Assembly (NCBI RefSeq): GCF_963921235.1
Contig: NC_086100.1
Coordinates: forward strand, 204,726,001-204,790,000
Reading direction: 5' to 3'
From: Mobula hypostoma
Taxonomy: Eukaryota
DNA: 64,000 nt
Translations under genes and position numbers: made by a program
Shown: in pieces, positions 60,245 through 64,000 of the stretch
Position numbering within the stretch: position 1 is the first letter of the stretch
Layout: each line of letters opens with the position of its first letter
Notes under the pieces: model-generated
What the model saw: the letters and a program-made list of their open reading frames with translations, nothing else
The model's database searches: none
What the model was told of the DNA's origin: nothing

Positions 60245-62285
60245 ATAGAACATAGAATAGTACAGCATATTACAGGCCCTTCAGCCCACAATGTTGTGCT
60301 GACCCTCAAACCCGGCCTCCCATATAACCCCCCACCTTAAATTTCTCCATATACCTGTCTAGTAGTCTCCTAACCTTCACGAGTGTATCTGCCTCCACCA
60401 CTGACTCAGGCAGTGCATTCCACGCACCAACCACTCTCTGAGTAAAAAACCTTCCTCTAATATCCCCCTTGAACTTCCCACCCCTTACCTTAAAGCAATG
60501 TCCTCTTGTATTCAGCAGTGGTGCCCGGGGGAAGAGGCACTGTCTATCCACTATATCTATTCCTCTTATTATCTTGTACACCTCTATCATGTCTCCTTTC
60601 ATCCTCCTTCGCTCCAAAGAGTAAAGCCCTAGCTCCCTTAATCTCTGATCATAATGCATACTCTCTAAACCAGGCAGCAGCCTGGTAAATCTCCTCTGTA
60701 CCCTTTCCAATGCTTCCACATCGTTCCTATAGTGAGGCGACCAGAACTGGACACAGTACTCCAAGTGTGGCCTAACCAGAGTTTTATAGAGCTGCATCAT
60801 TACATCGCGACTCTTAAACTCTATCCCTCGGTTTAAGAAAGCTAACACCCTATAAGCTTTCTTAACTACCCTATCTACCTGTGAGGCAACTTTCAGGGAT
60901 CTGTGGGTATGTACTCCCAGATCCCTCTGGTCCTCCACAGTACCAAGTATCCAGCCATTTACTTTGTACTCTGCCTTGGAGTTTGTCCTTCCAAAGTGTA
61001 CCATCTCACCCTTCACCGGGTTGAACTCCATCTGCCACTTCTCGGCCCACTTCTGCATCCTATCATTGTCTCTCTGCAATCTTCGACAATCCTCTACTCT
61101 ATCTACAACACCACCAACCTTTGTGTCGTCTGCAAACTTGCCAACCCACCCTTCTACCCCCACATCGAATCGTTAATACAAATCATGAGAAGTAGAGGTC
61201 CCAGAACCGATCCTTGTGGGGCACGACTAGTCACAATCCTCCAATCTGAATGTACTCCCTCCACTATGACCCTTTGCCTTCTGCAGGCAAGCCAATTCTG
61301 AATCCACCTGGCCAAACTTCCCTGGATCCCATGCCTTCTGACTTTCTGAATAAGCCTACCGTGTGGAAACTTTGTCAAATGCCTTACTAAAATCCATATA
61401 GATCACATCCACTGCACTACCCTCATCTATATGCCTGGTCGCCTCCTCATAGAACTCTATCAGGCTTATTAGACACGATCTGCCCTTCACAAAGCCATGC
61501 TGACTGTCCCTGATCAGACCATGATTATCTAACTGCCCATAGATCCTATCTCTAAGAATCTTTTCCAACAGTTTTCCCACCATAGATGTAATGCTCACTG
61601 ATCTATAATTACCCGGACTATCCCTACTACCTTTGTTGAACAAGGGGACAACATTTGCCTCCCTCCAGTCCTCTGGTACCATTCCCGTGGACAACAAGGA
61701 CATAAAGATCCTAGCCAGAGGCTCAGCAATCTCTTCCCTCGCCTCATGGTGCAGCCTGGGGAATATTCTGTCAGGCCCTGGGAACTTATCTGTCCTAATG
61801 TATTTTAACAACTCCAACACCTCCTCTCCCTTAATATCAACATGCTCCAGAACATCAACCTCACTCATATTGTCCTCACCATCATCAAGTTCCCTCTCAT
61901 TGGTGAATACCAAAGAGAAGCATTCATTGAGGACCTCGCTCACTTCCACAGCCTCCAGGCACATCTTCCCACCTTTATCTCTAATCGGTCCTACCTTCAC
62001 TCCTGTCATCCTTTTGTTCTTCACATAATTGAAGAATGCCTTGGGGTTTTACTTTACCCTACTCACCAAGGCCATCGCATGCCCCCTTCTTGCTCTTCTC
62101 AGCCCCTTCTTAAGCTCTTTTCTTGCTTCCCTATATTCCTCAATAGACCCATCTGATCCTTGTTTCTTAAACCTCATGTATGCTGCCTTCTTCCACCTGA
62201 CTAGATTTTCAGCCTCACTTGTCACCCATGTTTCCTTCACCCTACCATTCTTTATCTTCCTCACTGGGTCAAATTTATCCCTAAC
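60245..62285 (-). mobile_element. CR1 LINE ORF2 3' half
   Basis: Consecutive RT ORFs 61356..62024, 61154..61378 and 60306..61163 with FADDTK; tail at 60245. Confidence 0.95.
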
Positions 62286-62289
62286 ATAT

Positions 62290-62980
62290 ACATAAAAATC
62301 TTTATGTTACGTCTCTGTCTAAATGTGCAATGTATAGTTATTTTTAATAAATAGTACATACAGCAGAACAGTCAATATAACATAAAAATACAATTGTATC
62401 AACATGAAATCAGTCTGATGGCCTAGTGGAAGGAGCTGTCCCAGAGCCTGTTGTCCTGGCTTTTAAGCTGCAATATTGTTTCCCGGATGGTATAAGCTGG
62501 AACCATTTGTGGTTGGGGTGACAGGCCCCCAATAATCCTTTGGGCCATTTTTCCACAACTGTCTCTGTAAACGTCCTGAATAGTGGGAAGTTCACATCTA
62601 CAGATGCGCTGGGCTGTCTGCACCACAATCTGCAGAGTCCTGTGACTGAGGGAAGTACAATTCCCATACCAGGCAGTGATGCAGCGAGTCAGGATGCTCT
62701 CAGTTGTGCCCCTGTAGAAAGTTCTTAGGATTTTGGGGCCCATGCCAAACTTCTTCAACCGTCTGAGGTGAAAGAGGCGCTGCTGTGCTTTTTTCACAAC
62801 ACAGCAGGTATGTACAGACCAGGTGAGATCGTTAGTGGTGTTTATGCCGATGAAATTGAAGCTGTTCACCCTTTCAACCCCAGATATCAATAGGGGTGAG
62901 CCTGTCTCCATTCCTCCTGTAGTCTACAAGCAGGTCCTTTGTTTTTGTGACATTGAGGGAGATTTTGTTTTCTTGACACC
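62290..62980 (-). mobile_element. Rex1/Babar 3' part, paralogous to 8440-9131
   Basis: KKAQQRLFHLRRLKKFG..ESILT.CITAWYGNC; same junctions as the 8.4-9.1 kb copy. Confidence 0.85.
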
Positions 62981-64000
62981 AGACTGATGTTGCTCAGACC
63001 TTGGACAAAGTCAGGAATCAAAAGGTTGAGCATGGTGCAGTGACCGTCCTAAGCTGTGTATATCATAATGCAAGAAGTATCGTAGGAAAGCCAGATGAGT
63101 TCAGGGCATGGAAGTATGATATTTTAGCCATTACTGGGACAAGGTTGCATCCAACAGTCTGAGGCATTTAGAGGAACATATAGGTAGGGAGATTGCAGAC
63201 TTTGCCAAGAAACAAATGTTGATATAGTAAGCGATTTTAATTTTTCATATATTGACTGGGACTCCCATACTCTAAAAGGATCAGATGGGGTACAGTTTGT
63301 CAAATGGGCCCTCAGTCAGTACACAATTCCTGACAAAGAAGTGTGCAATAAGCTGTTAGGAGATGATCCAGGGCTGGTGACAGAAATTAGTGTATGGGAA
63401 CACTTTGCATCTGGTGATCACAATGACATGAGATTCCAAGTAAATATGGAAAAAGAGAGGTCAAGACCACGGGTTGAGATTCTGAATTGGAGAAAGGTCA
63501 ATTTTGATGGTATCAGAAAGGATCTGACAAGTGTGGTTTGGGACAGGCTGTTTTCTGGCAAAGGAGTACTTGGTAAGTGGGAGTTCTTCAGAAGTGAAGT
63601 CTAGTTTGTATGTGCCCGTCAAAATAAAAGTTGAATGGTAGCTGGTGCAGAAAATCTTGGTTTTCAAGAGATATTGAGGCCCCGCATATTTTGTTCCTCT
63701 AAATACGTCAGGCTGTTGGGCACAACCAATACTCATTAATGACTGCAATATCATAATTCCATGCCTTGAGCTCATCCGACTTTTTTTTCAGTCGTCTTCT
63801 ACTGGCTTTTAAAAGCTTCCCAATATTTCAGCCGCCATTGTGTCCTCCTGCCTTTCCAATGCTTCCACTTATTTGGGATGTATCTATCACTCAGTTCCCC
63901 AATTGCTCCCAGAAACTCCAGCCATTGCTGCTCCGTTGTCATTCCTATCAGTTTCCTCTTCCAATCAAGTTTGGCCAGCTTTTCTGTCACAGAAACATGG

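Overview
A transposon-saturated vertebrate genomic window. The repeat families, a GPR139-like pseudogene and the C2H2 zinc-finger array style suggest a cartilaginous fish, probably a ray or skate (inference). No clearly intact host protein-coding gene is visible. Main contents: (1) a decayed minus-strand epsilon/gamma-type endogenous retrovirus (about 1.1-6.8 kb). It has a tRNA-His primer-binding site, gag, an in-frame TGA before the protease, a two-HxT (2H phosphodiesterase-like) domain between protease and RT, an in-frame deletion of the RT core, RNase H, integrase and a truncated env. (2) A degenerating C2H2 zinc-finger exon, a second zinc-finger relic, and a duplicated block that points to a tandem ZNF cluster. 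(3) A Gmr1-type Ty3/gypsy element (SCAN-like gag, PR-IN-[RT]-RH order, RT deleted) carrying a nested solo LTR. (4) A young Penelope-like element with an uninterrupted 913-aa RT/GIY-YIG ORF and an intact minimal hammerhead ribozyme motif, inserted with an 8-bp TSD into the tail of an older opposite-strand copy. (5) Many CR1 and Rex1/Babar LINE copies, plus R4/Dong, Harbinger, Tc1 and hAT relics. All calls come from reading motifs by eye; boundaries of degenerate repeats are approximate.
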